Part shown: piece after piece, positions 17,844-27,692 of the stretch | How positions within the stretch are numbered: the stretch's first letter is position 1 | Layout of the letters: each line of letters starts with the position of its first letter | Assembly (NCBI GenBank): GCA_963528595.1 | Contig: CAURUU010000003.1 | Location: forward strand, 11,042-75,041 | DNA from: an uncultured Candidatus Saccharibacteria bacterium | GTDB lineage: Bacteria; Patescibacteriota; Saccharimonadia; Saccharimonadales; Saccharimonadaceae | Direction of reading: 5' to 3' | Length of the DNA stretch: 64,000 nucleotides | Translations under genes and position numbers: made by a program | The notes under the pieces: model-generated | Told to the model about the DNA's origin: nothing | Databases searched by the model: none | What the model saw: only the letters and a program-made list of their open reading frames with translations

Positions 17844-18131
17844 ATGAGTGCAATTTCTAATAGTGATGTCCAGCGCTTGGCGGATTTGAGCGGTTTGCAA
17901 TTGGCAGATGGCGAAGTGGATGGCTTGCGACAGGACGTAGAGAAAATCGTAGAATATATCAATCAATTGGGCGAGCTCGATACGTCTGGTGTGGAGCCAA
18001 CCTATCAAGTGACGGGCCTAGAAAATGTCTGGCGGGAAGACGAGGTCAAGCCGGGAATATCTCGAGACAAGCTACTTGAGCTAGCGCCCGAAAAGCAGAA
18101 CAATCAAGTGAAAGTGCCGCAGGTGTTGTGA
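17844..18131 (+). CDS. gatC: Asp/Glu-tRNA amidotransferase subunit C
   Basis: 95 aa, GatC-like (LADLSGLQL...EPT), located upstream of gatA. TGGTATAAT ends 6 nt before the ATG. Confidence 0.85.
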   Translation: MSAISNSDVQRLADLSGLQLADGEVDGLRQDVEKIVEYINQLGELDTSGVEPTYQVTGLENVWREDEVKPGISRDKLLELAPEKQNNQVKVPQVL

Positions 18132-19501
18132 TGAGTCGGATTAGTGATTTTATCGGAAAAAGTGCAGTCGAGAATGTCAAGGAAGCATTGCAGCGGGCGC
18201 GTGACGTTGAAGATTATCATGCACTGCTCAGTTTGACGGAAGAGCGGGCGCTGGAGCGAGCAGCTAAGGTTGATCGGGGTGAGGTTTCTGGGCGGCTGGC
18301 CAGTGTGCCATTTGTCGTAAAAGACAATTTCTTGGCTTTTGGAGCACCGACGACCGCTGCCGCAAAAATGCTCGAGAATTTTAACGCGCCACTGCAAGCC
18401 ACGGCCGTTGAAAAATTGGAAGCTGAAGGTGCAATTTGCATCGGCAAGGCAAACTTGGACGCCTTTGCGCACGGTGGTTCGACGGAAAATTCGGCTTTTG
18501 GTCCGACCAAAAATGCCGCGGATAAAACTCGAGTAGCTGGCGGCTCGTCGGGCGGTTCGGCGGTGGTGACGGCGCTTGATGTGGTGCCATTTGCGTTGGG
18601 TACAGACACTGGCGGGTCGATTCGTCAGCCAGCCAGCTTTAACGGCGTGGTTGGTGTCAAGCCGACCTATGGTGCAGTCAGCCGCTACGGCGTAGTAGCT
18701 ATGGCCTCGAGCACCGACACCATCGGTTGTTTTGCGACAAATGCTGATGACGCTAATTTGGTGATGGAAATCATGGCGGGTCGCGACGACAAGGATATGA
18801 CCACGCTGCCGGACTTTTGGCAGAACCAGCCAGAATTTACCAAGAAAAAGATTGGTTTGGTGAAGCAGTGTATGACTGATGACGTGGACGCGGCGGTTCG
18901 TCAAACAACGCTTGATTATGTTGAAAAATTAAAGCAGCTGGGCTATGACGTTGAAGAAGTGGACCTCAGTATGATGCAGCATTCGCTGGCGATGTATTAT
19001 ATCATTGTGCCGGCGGAGATATCATCAAACTTGGCGCGCTATGACGGCGTGCGCTATGGTCACCGGGCAGCCGAGGCAAAAACATTGGCGGAATTATATG
19101 GTCGCAGCCGCAACGAAGGCTTTACGACGGAGAACAAACGGCGAATTATGATCGGTAGCTTTGTGCTGTCGAGCGGTTTCTTTGACGCTTACTACATGCA
19201 GGCGCAAAAAGCGCGCACCTTGCTCATCAACGAGTTTAAGCAGTTGTTTGCTGAGTACGACGCACTGTTGATGCCGGTCGCACCAACACCGGCGTTCAAA
19301 CTTGGTGAAAATACCAATGATCCGATCAAGATGTACCTAGCGGACATCATGACGGTGCCGGCTAGCTTGGCGGGACTGCCAGCGATTTCCGTGCCAGCTG
19401 GAACTAGTGACGAAGGTTTGCCAATTGGTGTGCAGTTGATTGGTGACCGCCAGTCAGACAGCAACTTGTTGAAGTTGGCCTCAGAAGTGGAGGCTGCCTG
19501 A
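18131..19501 (+). CDS. gatA: Asp/Glu-tRNA amidotransferase subunit A
   Basis: Amidase signature GGSSGGSA. TGATG overlap with gatC. GTG 18128 is an alternative start. Confidence 0.95.
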   Translation: MSRISDFIGKSAVENVKEALQRARDVEDYHALLSLTEERALERAAKVDRGEVSGRLASVPFVVKDNFLAFGAPTTAAAKMLENFNAPLQATAVEKLEAEGAICIGKANLDAFAHGGSTENSAFGPTKNAADKTRVAGGSSGGSAVVTALDVVPFALGTDTGGSIRQPASFNGVVGVKPTYGAVSRYGVVAMASSTDTIGCFATNADDANLVMEIMAGRDDKDMTTLPDFWQNQPEFTKKKIGLVKQCMTDDVDAAVRQTTLDYVEKLKQLGYDVEEVDLSMMQHSLAMYYIIVPAEISSNLARYDGVRYGHRAAEAKTLAELYGRSRNEGFTTENKRRIMIGSFVLSSGFFDAYYMQAQKARTLLINEFKQLFAEYDALLMPVAPTPAFKLGENTNDPIKMYLADIMTVPASLAGLPAISVPAGTSDEGLPIGVQLIGDRQSDSNLLKLASEVEAA

Positions 19502-19920
19502 TGGACGGATTGTTGATCGCGCTGGTGGTAGCGGCGCTGGTGATTGGCGCGTTGTTGATTATTTTTATCCAATTGACATCGCGCGGACATCAAAAGCTTG
19601 ACAGAGAAATGTACCGAAAAGTTTGGCGGGCAATTCAACATGGTGCCAAGGCGGGCGGCTCAGATGGCTTGCAAATGGCGATTGTCAAAGCCGACAAGCT
19701 GCTCGACAAAGCCATGCGCGACTGTGGCGTGGCGGGTACGACGATGGGTGACAGACTGAAAGCTCGCAAGGGTGATTGGACGGATGAAAATGGTTTATGG
19801 GCGGCACACAAATTGCGCAATCAAATTGCCCACGAAACCAACGTGAAACTAACCGCGCAGAGTTTTCGACGAGCCATGACAAGCTTTGAACAAGCACTAA
19901 AAGATTTGGGAGCGTTATGA
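19501..19920 (+). CDS. membrane-anchored hypothetical protein with HEPN-like RNxxxH motif
   Basis: N-terminal TM segment LLIALVVAALVIGALLIIFI and C-terminal AAHKLRNQIAHE. TGATG overlap with gatA and ATGA overlap with gatB. Confidence 0.7.
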   Translation: MDGLLIALVVAALVIGALLIIFIQLTSRGHQKLDREMYRKVWRAIQHGAKAGGSDGLQMAIVKADKLLDKAMRDCGVAGTTMGDRLKARKGDWTDENGLWAAHKLRNQIAHETNVKLTAQSFRRAMTSFEQALKDLGAL

Positions 19921-21380
19921 TGAGTGTATATGATGAATATGAAATGACCATTGGCATCGAGTGTCACGTCCAGCTGGCGACTAAAACCAAGTTGTTTAGT
20001 CCGGCTGATAATGATGCGCGTAATGCTGAGCCTAATGAAAAAACGCACGAGATTGACTTTGGTCTGCCGGGCATGCTACCGGTGCTCAACAAGCACGCTG
20101 TTGAGTTGGCGGTGCGTGCTGGCAAGGCGTTGAATGCGCCGATTGCTCGCATCAGCCGGTTTGATCGCAAGCATTATTTCTATCCTGACCTGCCAAAGGG
20201 TTATCAGACCTCCCAGATGTACCAGCCGATTATTTTGGCTGGCTATGTTGACGCGCCGCTAGAAGACGGTTCGCTCAAACGGGTGCGGATTCATCATGCG
20301 CACATGGAAGAGGATGCTGGTAAGTTGACGCACCACGACGGGTACTCGTTGGTCGACCTCAACCGCGCCGGTACGCCGCTGATTGAAATCGTTTCTGAGC
20401 CGGATATGCATTCTGCAGAGGAGGCTAAAGCGTACGCTTCGGAGCTGCACAAATTGATGGTCTACGCAGGTGTGACGCACGGTGATTTATATCACGGCAA
20501 CATGCGATTTGATGTCAATATTTCGGTGGCTAAGAAAGGTGCGACTGAGCTCGGTAAGCGTGCGGAAGTCAAAAACCTCAACTCGTTCCGCAGCGTCGAG
20601 CGAGCCGCTGAATACGAATTCAAACGTCAAGTTGATCTGCTGGAGCGCGGCGAACAGGTAGTTCAGGAGACCCGCGGATGGAGTGATGACAAGCAAATCA
20701 CTACCTCGCAGCGTTCGAAAGAGGATGCTCAGGATTATCGCTACATGCCTGACGCTGACATTCCGCCAGTGGTGCTGAGCGATGAGGAGATTACGCGGAT
20801 TCAGGCTGAGGTGCCGATGCTACCGGGTGAATATCGTGAAAAATGGAGCGGGCTAGGTTTGGACAAGTCAGTGGTTAATTCGTTATTGTCCAACCCAAAT
20901 TACGCATCCATCATGCTGGAAGTGCAGGAGAAATCAGGCGATGCGTCTGCTAAGCGAGTGGCACACTGGTTTGCCAGTGCTTTGACAGCCAGTAGCAGTG
21001 ATTCTGAAAATGACTCCGCGTCAACTGACGGTAGTGCGCCACATGTGTCGGTTGATGATCTGGTGGAGTTGGCGGAGATGACCGAGAAAGCAGAGATTTC
21101 CAGCACTAATGCCAAGGAATTGTTTAATGAGCTATTGGCGGGCGCCACGCATCCGCGCAAACTTGCTGAAGAAAAGAATTTGTTGCAGGTTTCTGACGAA
21201 GGCGCCATTGCTGCCATCGTTGACGAAGTATTGAGCGACCCAGCTTCGGCAGCTTCCATAGCCGACATTCGCTCGGGCAAAGACAAAGCCATTGGTTACC
21301 TCGTCGGTCAAGTTATGAAGCGTTCCAAAGGTCAGGCTAACCCAAGCTTGGCGCAAAAATTGATTCGTGAGAGGCTATAG
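19917..21380 (+). CDS. gatB: Asp/Glu-tRNA amidotransferase subunit B
   Basis: GatB N-terminus IGIECHVQL, and EEDAGK. 487 aa. Confidence 0.95.
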   Translation: MMSVYDEYEMTIGIECHVQLATKTKLFSPADNDARNAEPNEKTHEIDFGLPGMLPVLNKHAVELAVRAGKALNAPIARISRFDRKHYFYPDLPKGYQTSQMYQPIILAGYVDAPLEDGSLKRVRIHHAHMEEDAGKLTHHDGYSLVDLNRAGTPLIEIVSEPDMHSAEEAKAYASELHKLMVYAGVTHGDLYHGNMRFDVNISVAKKGATELGKRAEVKNLNSFRSVERAAEYEFKRQVDLLERGEQVVQETRGWSDDKQITTSQRSKEDAQDYRYMPDADIPPVVLSDEEITRIQAEVPMLPGEYREKWSGLGLDKSVVNSLLSNPNYASIMLEVQEKSGDASAKRVAHWFASALTASSSDSENDSASTDGSAPHVSVDDLVELAEMTEKAEISSTNAKELFNELLAGATHPRKLAEEKNLLQVSDEGAIAAIVDEVLSDPASAASIADIRSGKDKAIGYLVGQVMKRSKGQANPSLAQKLIRERL

Positions 21381-21383
21381 CTG

Positions 21384-21944
21384 ATGATCATCATTACTGG
21401 CATCCCTGGATCTGGTAAAACGACGTTAGTGAAACGTCTGGTGCAAGATCTAGGGGTACGCGGTGTCGCGCAAGATGCTGTCAAGGAGTTTTTGGCTGAC
21501 CATTTGGGCGGAACATACACTGATCAGCAGAGTAGCGCCTTGGGTCGTGTGACTCGACGGGCGGTTTTGGAATTGGGTATTGAATTTGAGAAATTGGGTG
21601 AGCAGATTATCATTGAGTCGGCATTGCAAACGTCAGCTGCAGAAGAGATTTTGCGGCATAGCCCACATCGACCAATTCTGCAGATTTACGTGACGTGCGG
21701 CTTGGCGGAAGTAAAGCGGCGATTTTACGATCGCAAACGATCTGGTCATCGCCACTCAGTGCACACTGATGATCTATATGATAAATTGACGGAACACGAA
21801 ATTCGTGACAAATATCGTCCACTGGTTGCGGATAATATCACAACAGTGATCGTTGATTCGGAGAATTTGGATTATGCGGCACTGCGAGATACGGTGAAAG
21901 ATTTTTTGATGAATAAGGCAATAACAAAGGAGAACGAGATATGA
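21384..21944 (+). CDS. P-loop kinase/AAA-like small ATPase
   Basis: Walker A GIPGSGKTT, 186 aa. Confidence 0.7.
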   Translation: MIIITGIPGSGKTTLVKRLVQDLGVRGVAQDAVKEFLADHLGGTYTDQQSSALGRVTRRAVLELGIEFEKLGEQIIIESALQTSAAEEILRHSPHRPILQIYVTCGLAEVKRRFYDRKRSGHRHSVHTDDLYDKLTEHEIRDKYRPLVADNITTVIVDSENLDYAALRDTVKDFLMNKAITKENEI

Positions 21945-22834
21945 GAAAACCGACAAAAGCAGTGATTGCAGCGGCAGGATTTGGCACTAGGTTTTTGCCA
22001 CAAACTAAAGCGATGCCTAAGGAGATGATGCCACTGATTGATAAGCCAATCATCCAATACGTTGTGGAAGAACTGGTTGCTGCCGGTATTCGCGACATTA
22101 TCATCGTCGGAAGCGCCAACAAGCGTGCCATTGAAGATCATTTTGACGTGCCGAACGAAGATTTGCTGGCAAATTTGCGGGCTGGTGGCGATAAGAAGCG
22201 CCCGTTGATTGACCTGGTTCACTCACTGTCAGAGATGGCTAACTTTGTGTATGTTCGCCAAAAGGGCCCATATGGCAACGCGACTCCTTTGGCGTGTGCT
22301 GCGCATTTGATTGGGCCAGATGAACCGGTGATTTATACGTTTGCTGATGACTTTATCGATGCTACACCAAGTCGTTTTCAACAGATGATCGCTGCTGCAG
22401 AAAAATTGGATGGCGCAGTGCTGTCATGCAAGAAAATCATTGATGATGCAGAATTTGATCGCTATGGCATCGCGGCTGGTCAACAACTCGATGACGGGAC
22501 GATTGCCATCACAAACATCGTTGAGAAGCCGGGTAAAGCCAACGCGCCAAGTGATTTAGCGAGTGTTAGCAGTTATTTGCTGGCGGCTGATTTTTTCCCG
22601 TACTTGGAGCGCGCTCGCCAGGAGTTTAATGGTCACGGTGAGTTTGCCATTCAGCCGATTATGCAGCGCATGATTGATGAAGGCCACAGCTTTTACGGCG
22701 TGGAAATCACCAATGGTACCTACTACGACACTGGTGATAAACTTGAATATCTCAAAACCATCATTGACTTTGGGCTGCGAGATGAGAAACTTGGTCCAGC
22801 GCTGCGTCAACATCTGACAGATCGGCTGAAGTAG
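21941..22834 (+). CDS. galU: UTP-glucose-1-phosphate uridylyltransferase
   Basis: AAGFGTRFLPQTKAMPKEMMP motif. Confidence 0.9.
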   Translation: MRKPTKAVIAAAGFGTRFLPQTKAMPKEMMPLIDKPIIQYVVEELVAAGIRDIIIVGSANKRAIEDHFDVPNEDLLANLRAGGDKKRPLIDLVHSLSEMANFVYVRQKGPYGNATPLACAAHLIGPDEPVIYTFADDFIDATPSRFQQMIAAAEKLDGAVLSCKKIIDDAEFDRYGIAAGQQLDDGTIAITNIVEKPGKANAPSDLASVSSYLLAADFFPYLERARQEFNGHGEFAIQPIMQRMIDEGHSFYGVEITNGTYYDTGDKLEYLKTIIDFGLRDEKLGPALRQHLTDRLK

Positions 22835-22848
22835 GCTATAATAGCATC

Positions 22849-23088
22849 ATGGATGAAATCGTTATTATTTTGTCAATTGTTTTGGCTACCTTGATGATCA
22901 TCGTCATCACGTTGATTTGCTTGGTGATCAGCCTGAGTCGTCATGTCCAGAAAACCATGCAGCACTCACGAGCTATCCAGCAGAATTACGCTGAAGCATC
23001 ATCAATGCTCTCTGTCGTTTCTTCTGCTTTGGCATTTGGAGCTCTGCTGAAAAAGATTAAGCGAAAGGCAAAACGTGGTCAAAAATAA
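22849..23088 (+). CDS. small membrane protein (79 aa)
   Basis: One TM helix and a basic tail. TATAAT at 22837-22842 lies 6 nt before the ATG. Confidence 0.55.
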   Translation: MDEIVIILSIVLATLMIIVITLICLVISLSRHVQKTMQHSRAIQQNYAEASSMLSVVSSALAFGALLKKIKRKAKRGQK

Positions 23089-23380
23089 CCATTCAGAAAA
23101 ATCATTGACGAAAAAAGCTGCCGAAAAAATCATTCGTGACAATGAAAATGGAGCTCGGCAGGCAATTTTAGAAGACTTGTTTTATGATTTTCACCGTTCT
23201 CGTCGCCAGGTCTACGGCATGAATTTTTGGCGTGGCATCTTTTTTGGTTTTGGTTCAGTGCTAGGCGCTACTTTGTCGGTGACTATTTTGGTTTGGATAT
23301 TGGGTCATCTAGTTGACGTGTTTCCACCGCTTGCTGACTTCTTCAATACACTGATCAACACCATGCAGAGTCGTCGCTAA
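23075..23380 (+). CDS. small membrane protein (101 aa)
   Basis: GTG start overlapping the previous ORF. The sequence NFWRGIFFGFGSVLGATL is followed by a TM helix. Confidence 0.55.
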   Translation: MVKNNHSEKSLTKKAAEKIIRDNENGARQAILEDLFYDFHRSRRQVYGMNFWRGIFFGFGSVLGATLSVTILVWILGHLVDVFPPLADFFNTLINTMQSRR

Positions 23381-23398
23381 CGTGCTATACTAAGATTA

Positions 23399-26300
23399 AT
23401 GACGACAGAGGGGAAAAATAACGGCGGTATGTCGGCGGTTTTGAAACCGTCTGATTATGTACACCTGCACAATCACACTCACCACTCACTTCTCGATGGA
23501 TTAACTAAAATTCCTGACATGGTCGCCCGAGTGAAGGAGCTCGGCATGGAAGCTTGTGCTATCACTGACCATGGTACGATGTCAGGCGTCATTGAGTTTT
23601 ATAAAGCAGCCAAGAGTGCTGGCATCAAGCCAATCATCGGCATCGAAACCTACGTGGCAGCGCGGAGTCGTCACGACCGCGACCCTGCCAAGGACAAGGC
23701 GCGTTATCACCTGACGTTACTGGCCATGAACCACAAAGGCTATCAAAACCTGATGCAGCTCAGCACCATCGCCAACCTCGAAGGCGTCTACTATAAACCG
23801 CGCATTGACCATGAGCTCCTGGAGCAATACAACGAAGGCATCATCTGTATGTCCGGCTGTATCGGTGGTGAGCTGGGTGAGAATCTGCGCAATGATGATT
23901 ATGACAAAGCCAAGGAAATTGCTGGCTGGTATAAGTCAGTCTTTGGCGATCGCTACTACATGGAGTTGCAAGACCATGGCCACCCGGAAGCGCGCAGTCA
24001 CTGGCCAGAGCAGAAAAAGGTCAATGATTACATCGAGCGCATCAGCGAGGAACTGGACATTCCGTGTGTGGTGACCAGCGACGGCCATTATCTTAATCAC
24101 GAAGACCAGGAGGCGCATGAGATTTTGCTGTGCGTTGGTACCGGTGCGTATTTGAGTGATGAAAAGCGGATGAGCTTGAAAGATTTTGAGCTGCATTTGA
24201 CGACACCAGAAGACATTATTTCGCGGTGGCAAACAACCAATCCACAAGCAATTGCCAACACCAAAGCCATCGCTGACCGCTGCGATGTGGAGATCAAACT
24301 GGGCGATATTCTCATCCCGAAATTCCCAACGCCAAACGGTGAGTCCGAAAAAGAATATCTGGATCATCTGGTGTACAGCGGCATGGCGGCACGGTATGCT
24401 GGCATGAAGTTGGATGATGCAAAGAAACTGCCAAACGACGAGTTGCGCGCCATGTTGTCTGATGATCAAATCGAGCGACTGGACATGGAGTTTGGCGTGC
24501 TCGATAAGATGGGTTATAACGGCTACTTTCTCATCGTTCAGGATTTTATCAACTGGGGAAAATCTCAAGGGATTATTTTCGGACCAGGGCGTGGCTCGGC
24601 GGCCGGATCCATCATCGCCTATGCCCTGAACATCACCGACCTTGATCCGCTACATTATGACCTGCTGTTCGAGCGTTTCCTTAACCCTGACCGTATCTCC
24701 ATGCCCGACATCGATATCGACATTCAAGATACCCGTCGCGGCGAAGTTATCGAATATTGTGCCAAGAAATACGGTTCAGAACGAGTCGCCAATATTTGTA
24801 CTTTTGGCACCATGGCAGCGCGTGCCTCGGTGCGTGACGTGGCGCGGGTATTGCAAGTTCCATACGGTGAATCTGACCGGCTGGCCAAGCTCATCCCACC
24901 GCCAGTCCAGGGTCGCCATGTACCGATCAAAAAGTCGCTGGAGGAAGACCCTGACCTTAAAAAAGAATACGAAACTAACCCGACTGCCAAAACTGTCTAT
25001 GACTTTGCCTCACGGCTAGAAGGGACCATTCGTTCGCACGGTGTGCATGCCGCCGGCGTGGTGATTGCGCCGGATGATTTGGTGAAATACGTGCCGCTCG
25101 AGATGGCACAAAAGGGTGTGGTGGCAACACAGTATCCGATGGGCCCCGTTGAGGAGTTGGGGCTGCTGAAGATGGACTTTTTGGGCCTGTCTAACTTGTC
25201 CATCATCAACAATGCGCTGCGCATTATCCGTAAAGTTTACAAAACAGACATCGATCTGTCGCACTTGCCGCTAGACGATGCGGAAACGTATAAGCTATTC
25301 CAGCGCGGCGATACCACCGGCGTGTTCCAGTTGGAATCAGCTGGCATGAAGCGGTACCTGCGCGAGCTCAAACCGAGCGTCTTTGAAGACATCATCGCCA
25401 TGGTGGCGTTGTACCGCCCGGGACCGATGCAGTTTATCGATTCGTTCATCAAACGTAAACATGGCGAAGAGGAGATTACCTATCTGCATCCCGGCATGGA
25501 AAACTCGCTAAAAAACACCTACGGCATTTTGGTTTACCAGGAGCAATTTATGCAGATTTCCAAAGAGTGGTGTGGCTTTACCGGCGGACAGGCGGACACT
25601 CTGCGTAAAGCGGTGGGTAAAAAGAAAATCGACCTGATGAAAAAGGTCAAGCCGGAGTTCGTCGAGGGTGCGGTTAAAGTTGGTGGTGCGACCAAGGAAA
25701 TTGCTGAGCAGTTCTGGGATGCGCTGGAGGAATTCGCTAACTACTGTTTCAATAAGTCGCACGCGGCGTGTTACGGCCTGATCGCCTACTGGACGGCGTA
25801 CCTCAAGGCGCACTATCCTGATGCGTTTATGGCGGCGCTGATGACTAGTGACCAGGACGACACCGAACGCCTGGCTATCGAGATGACTGAGTGTAAGCAC
25901 ATGGGCATCGAAGTGCTTAACCCTGACGTCAATGAGTCGTTCGTTGAATTCGCGGTGGTGCCTGGCGAAAAGAAGATTCGTTTTGGTATGGCGGCGGTCA
26001 AGGGCGTTGGTGTCGGCGCAGTCGAAGAATTGTTGCGCGCCCGTGAAGACGGTAAATTCACTAGCATCGAAGATTTCGCCAAACGCGTGTCGACCAGCAA
26101 ATTTAACCGTAAAGCTTGGGAGTCGCTCATCAAATGTGGCGCATTTGATAGCTTTGGTGATCGCCACGACTTATTGTTCAACCTAGACACCATCACTGCC
26201 TTTGCGCAAAAAGTTCAAAAAGAAGCGGCGAGTGGGCAGACTGATTTGTTTGGTATGTTGGGCGATGATGCGGCTGTGGCTCAGCCGACCATGCAGTTGA

Positions 26301-27124
26301 TGCCGTCGCCAAACAAGAATGACAAGGAATACTTGACGTGGGAACGCGAGCTGATGGGCTTGTATATCTCGGCACATCCTTTGGACGCTTACGCTACATA
26401 CTTGCTTGAGCAAACGCAGCCATTGACCCAGCTGGTACCAGAATATGATGGCCGACTCATGACAATTGGTGGCATCATCACGAACGTTCGTACCATCATC
26501 ACTAAATCTGGTAGCAAAATGGCGTTCGTGGGCCTGGAGGACAAATTTGGCGAGGGCGAAGTCATCGTCTTTCCGAATTTGTATGAGCAAGTCGGCGCCA
26601 AACTCGTCCAAGACGCGGTGGTGCGGGTGACTGGTAAAAACTCGGCTCGCGATCGTGATGGTAATTTGGGGTCAGAAAGTAAGATGATTGCTGATGAAAT
26701 TGAGATTATCACCGACAGTGATATCACCAGCTATGAATCGACCGGTCGTAAAATGGACGCACCAAAAGTAAGCGCCCAGTATAAAAAAGAAAAGCGGGCA
26801 AATTTCCGTGCTCAAAAAACCAAGGCTGCTGCTCCAGCTACCGCCAAATCGTCAAATCCATCCAAGTCAGTTCCTCAGCCAGTAGCTCCCGAGACGCCAC
26901 CTGCGCGCCTGTTTCTGCAAGTGAAAGACCCGAGTGATCACGACAAACTGATTTCCCTCAAAAAGATATGTTCAACATCACCAGGGATCACCGATGTTGT
27001 GTTGGTGCTTGGTGAGAATGATCACAAGTCCGCCATTCGCTTGCCGTTCAAAGTCGATCCAGCACCTCAGCTACTTGAAGAACTGAAGGCGTTGCTGGGC
27101 GAAGAATGTATCAAATTGACGTAA
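23399..27124 (+). CDS. dnaE: DNA polymerase III alpha subunit with extra C-terminal tail
   Basis: PHP motif HLHNHTHHSLLDG, polymerase core and OB fold. TATACT at 23386-23391 lies 7 nt before the ATG. Confidence 0.95.
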   Translation: MTTEGKNNGGMSAVLKPSDYVHLHNHTHHSLLDGLTKIPDMVARVKELGMEACAITDHGTMSGVIEFYKAAKSAGIKPIIGIETYVAARSRHDRDPAKDKARYHLTLLAMNHKGYQNLMQLSTIANLEGVYYKPRIDHELLEQYNEGIICMSGCIGGELGENLRNDDYDKAKEIAGWYKSVFGDRYYMELQDHGHPEARSHWPEQKKVNDYIERISEELDIPCVVTSDGHYLNHEDQEAHEILLCVGTGAYLSDEKRMSLKDFELHLTTPEDIISRWQTTNPQAIANTKAIADRCDVEIKLGDILIPKFPTPNGESEKEYLDHLVYSGMAARYAGMKLDDAKKLPNDELRAMLSDDQIERLDMEFGVLDKMGYNGYFLIVQDFINWGKSQGIIFGPGRGSAAGSIIAYALNITDLDPLHYDLLFERFLNPDRISMPDIDIDIQDTRRGEVIEYCAKKYGSERVANICTFGTMAARASVRDVARVLQVPYGESDRLAKLIPPPVQGRHVPIKKSLEEDPDLKKEYETNPTAKTVYDFASRLEGTIRSHGVHAAGVVIAPDDLVKYVPLEMAQKGVVATQYPMGPVEELGLLKMDFLGLSNLSIINNALRIIRKVYKTDIDLSHLPLDDAETYKLFQRGDTTGVFQLESAGMKRYLRELKPSVFEDIIAMVALYRPGPMQFIDSFIKRKHGEEEITYLHPGMENSLKNTYGILVYQEQFMQISKEWCGFTGGQADTLRKAVGKKKIDLMKKVKPEFVEGAVKVGGATKEIAEQFWDALEEFANYCFNKSHAACYGLIAYWTAYLKAHYPDAFMAALMTSDQDDTERLAIEMTECKHMGIEVLNPDVNESFVEFAVVPGEKKIRFGMAAVKGVGVGAVEELLRAREDGKFTSIEDFAKRVSTSKFNRKAWESLIKCGAFDSFGDRHDLLFNLDTITAFAQKVQKEAASGQTDLFGMLGDDAAVAQPTMQLMPSPNKNDKEYLTWERELMGLYISAHPLDAYATYLLEQTQPLTQLVPEYDGRLMTIGGIITNVRTIITKSGSKMAFVGLEDKFGEGEVIVFPNLYEQVGAKLVQDAVVRVTGKNSARDRDGNLGSESKMIADEIEIITDSDITSYESTGRKMDAPKVSAQYKKEKRANFRAQKTKAAAPATAKSSNPSKSVPQPVAPETPPARLFLQVKDPSDHDKLISLKKICSTSPGITDVVLVLGENDHKSAIRLPFKVDPAPQLLEELKALLGEECIKLT

Positions 27125-27127
27125 TCA

Positions 27128-27640
27128 TCAGCGGCACATCATCTGATATAGTGCCATGCCGCAGGCAACGCTGACATTGAATGATTCTTTGGTGCCAAAC
27201 ATTGGGATTTCTACTGTCGCGGCACAGCGCGCTAAATGTTCGGCCAATATGCCATCGACTTCTTCGCCCAGCAGCAACGCGAACGCTTTTGGTGGAATAA
27301 AATCTGGTAGTGAAGTACTGTCTGGTGCTTGTTCCAGTGCGATGACTGGTAGGTTGCCGGTGCGCTCATTTTCCTCCAGCCACTCCTCCAGCGTTTCATA
27401 GCGTCTAAAGGGAACCATTTGCTCAGCGCCCAATGCTGTTTTGTGAATTTGCTTGGTTATTTTTTCAACCAGGTGTGGCAGCCGCGGGTCTGGTTGGTTG
27501 ATGATCGCCAAATCTGGAAACGGTGTATAGCCGCTGATGACGATGTGCTTTACTCCTAGACCTTCTGCTGTGCGAAAGATCGCGCCAACATTGTGCGTCG
27601 AACGGATATTGTGCAAAATAAGCGTAATTTCTGGTCGCAT
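27128..27640 (-). CDS. SpoU/TrmH-family RNA 2'-O-methyltransferase
   Basis: 170 aa with NVGAIFRTAEG and a C-terminal ESFNVSVA knot motif. Confidence 0.8.
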   Translation of the reverse strand: MRPEITLILHNIRSTHNVGAIFRTAEGLGVKHIVISGYTPFPDLAIINQPDPRLPHLVEKITKQIHKTALGAEQMVPFRRYETLEEWLEENERTGNLPVIALEQAPDSTSLPDFIPPKAFALLLGEEVDGILAEHLARCAATVEIPMFGTKESFNVSVACGMALYQMMCR

Positions 27641-27692
27641 GAACTCATTATATCATTCGCTAAATCATAAGCACTTTGCTATAATGTTGGTG

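Noticed and set aside
18104-18904. A 266-aa minus-strand ORF antisense to gatA.
   Set aside because: It is fully embedded in gatA, which carries the amidase signature. Its product is R/H/T-rich and low in complexity, with no SD. It is a typical shadow ORF.
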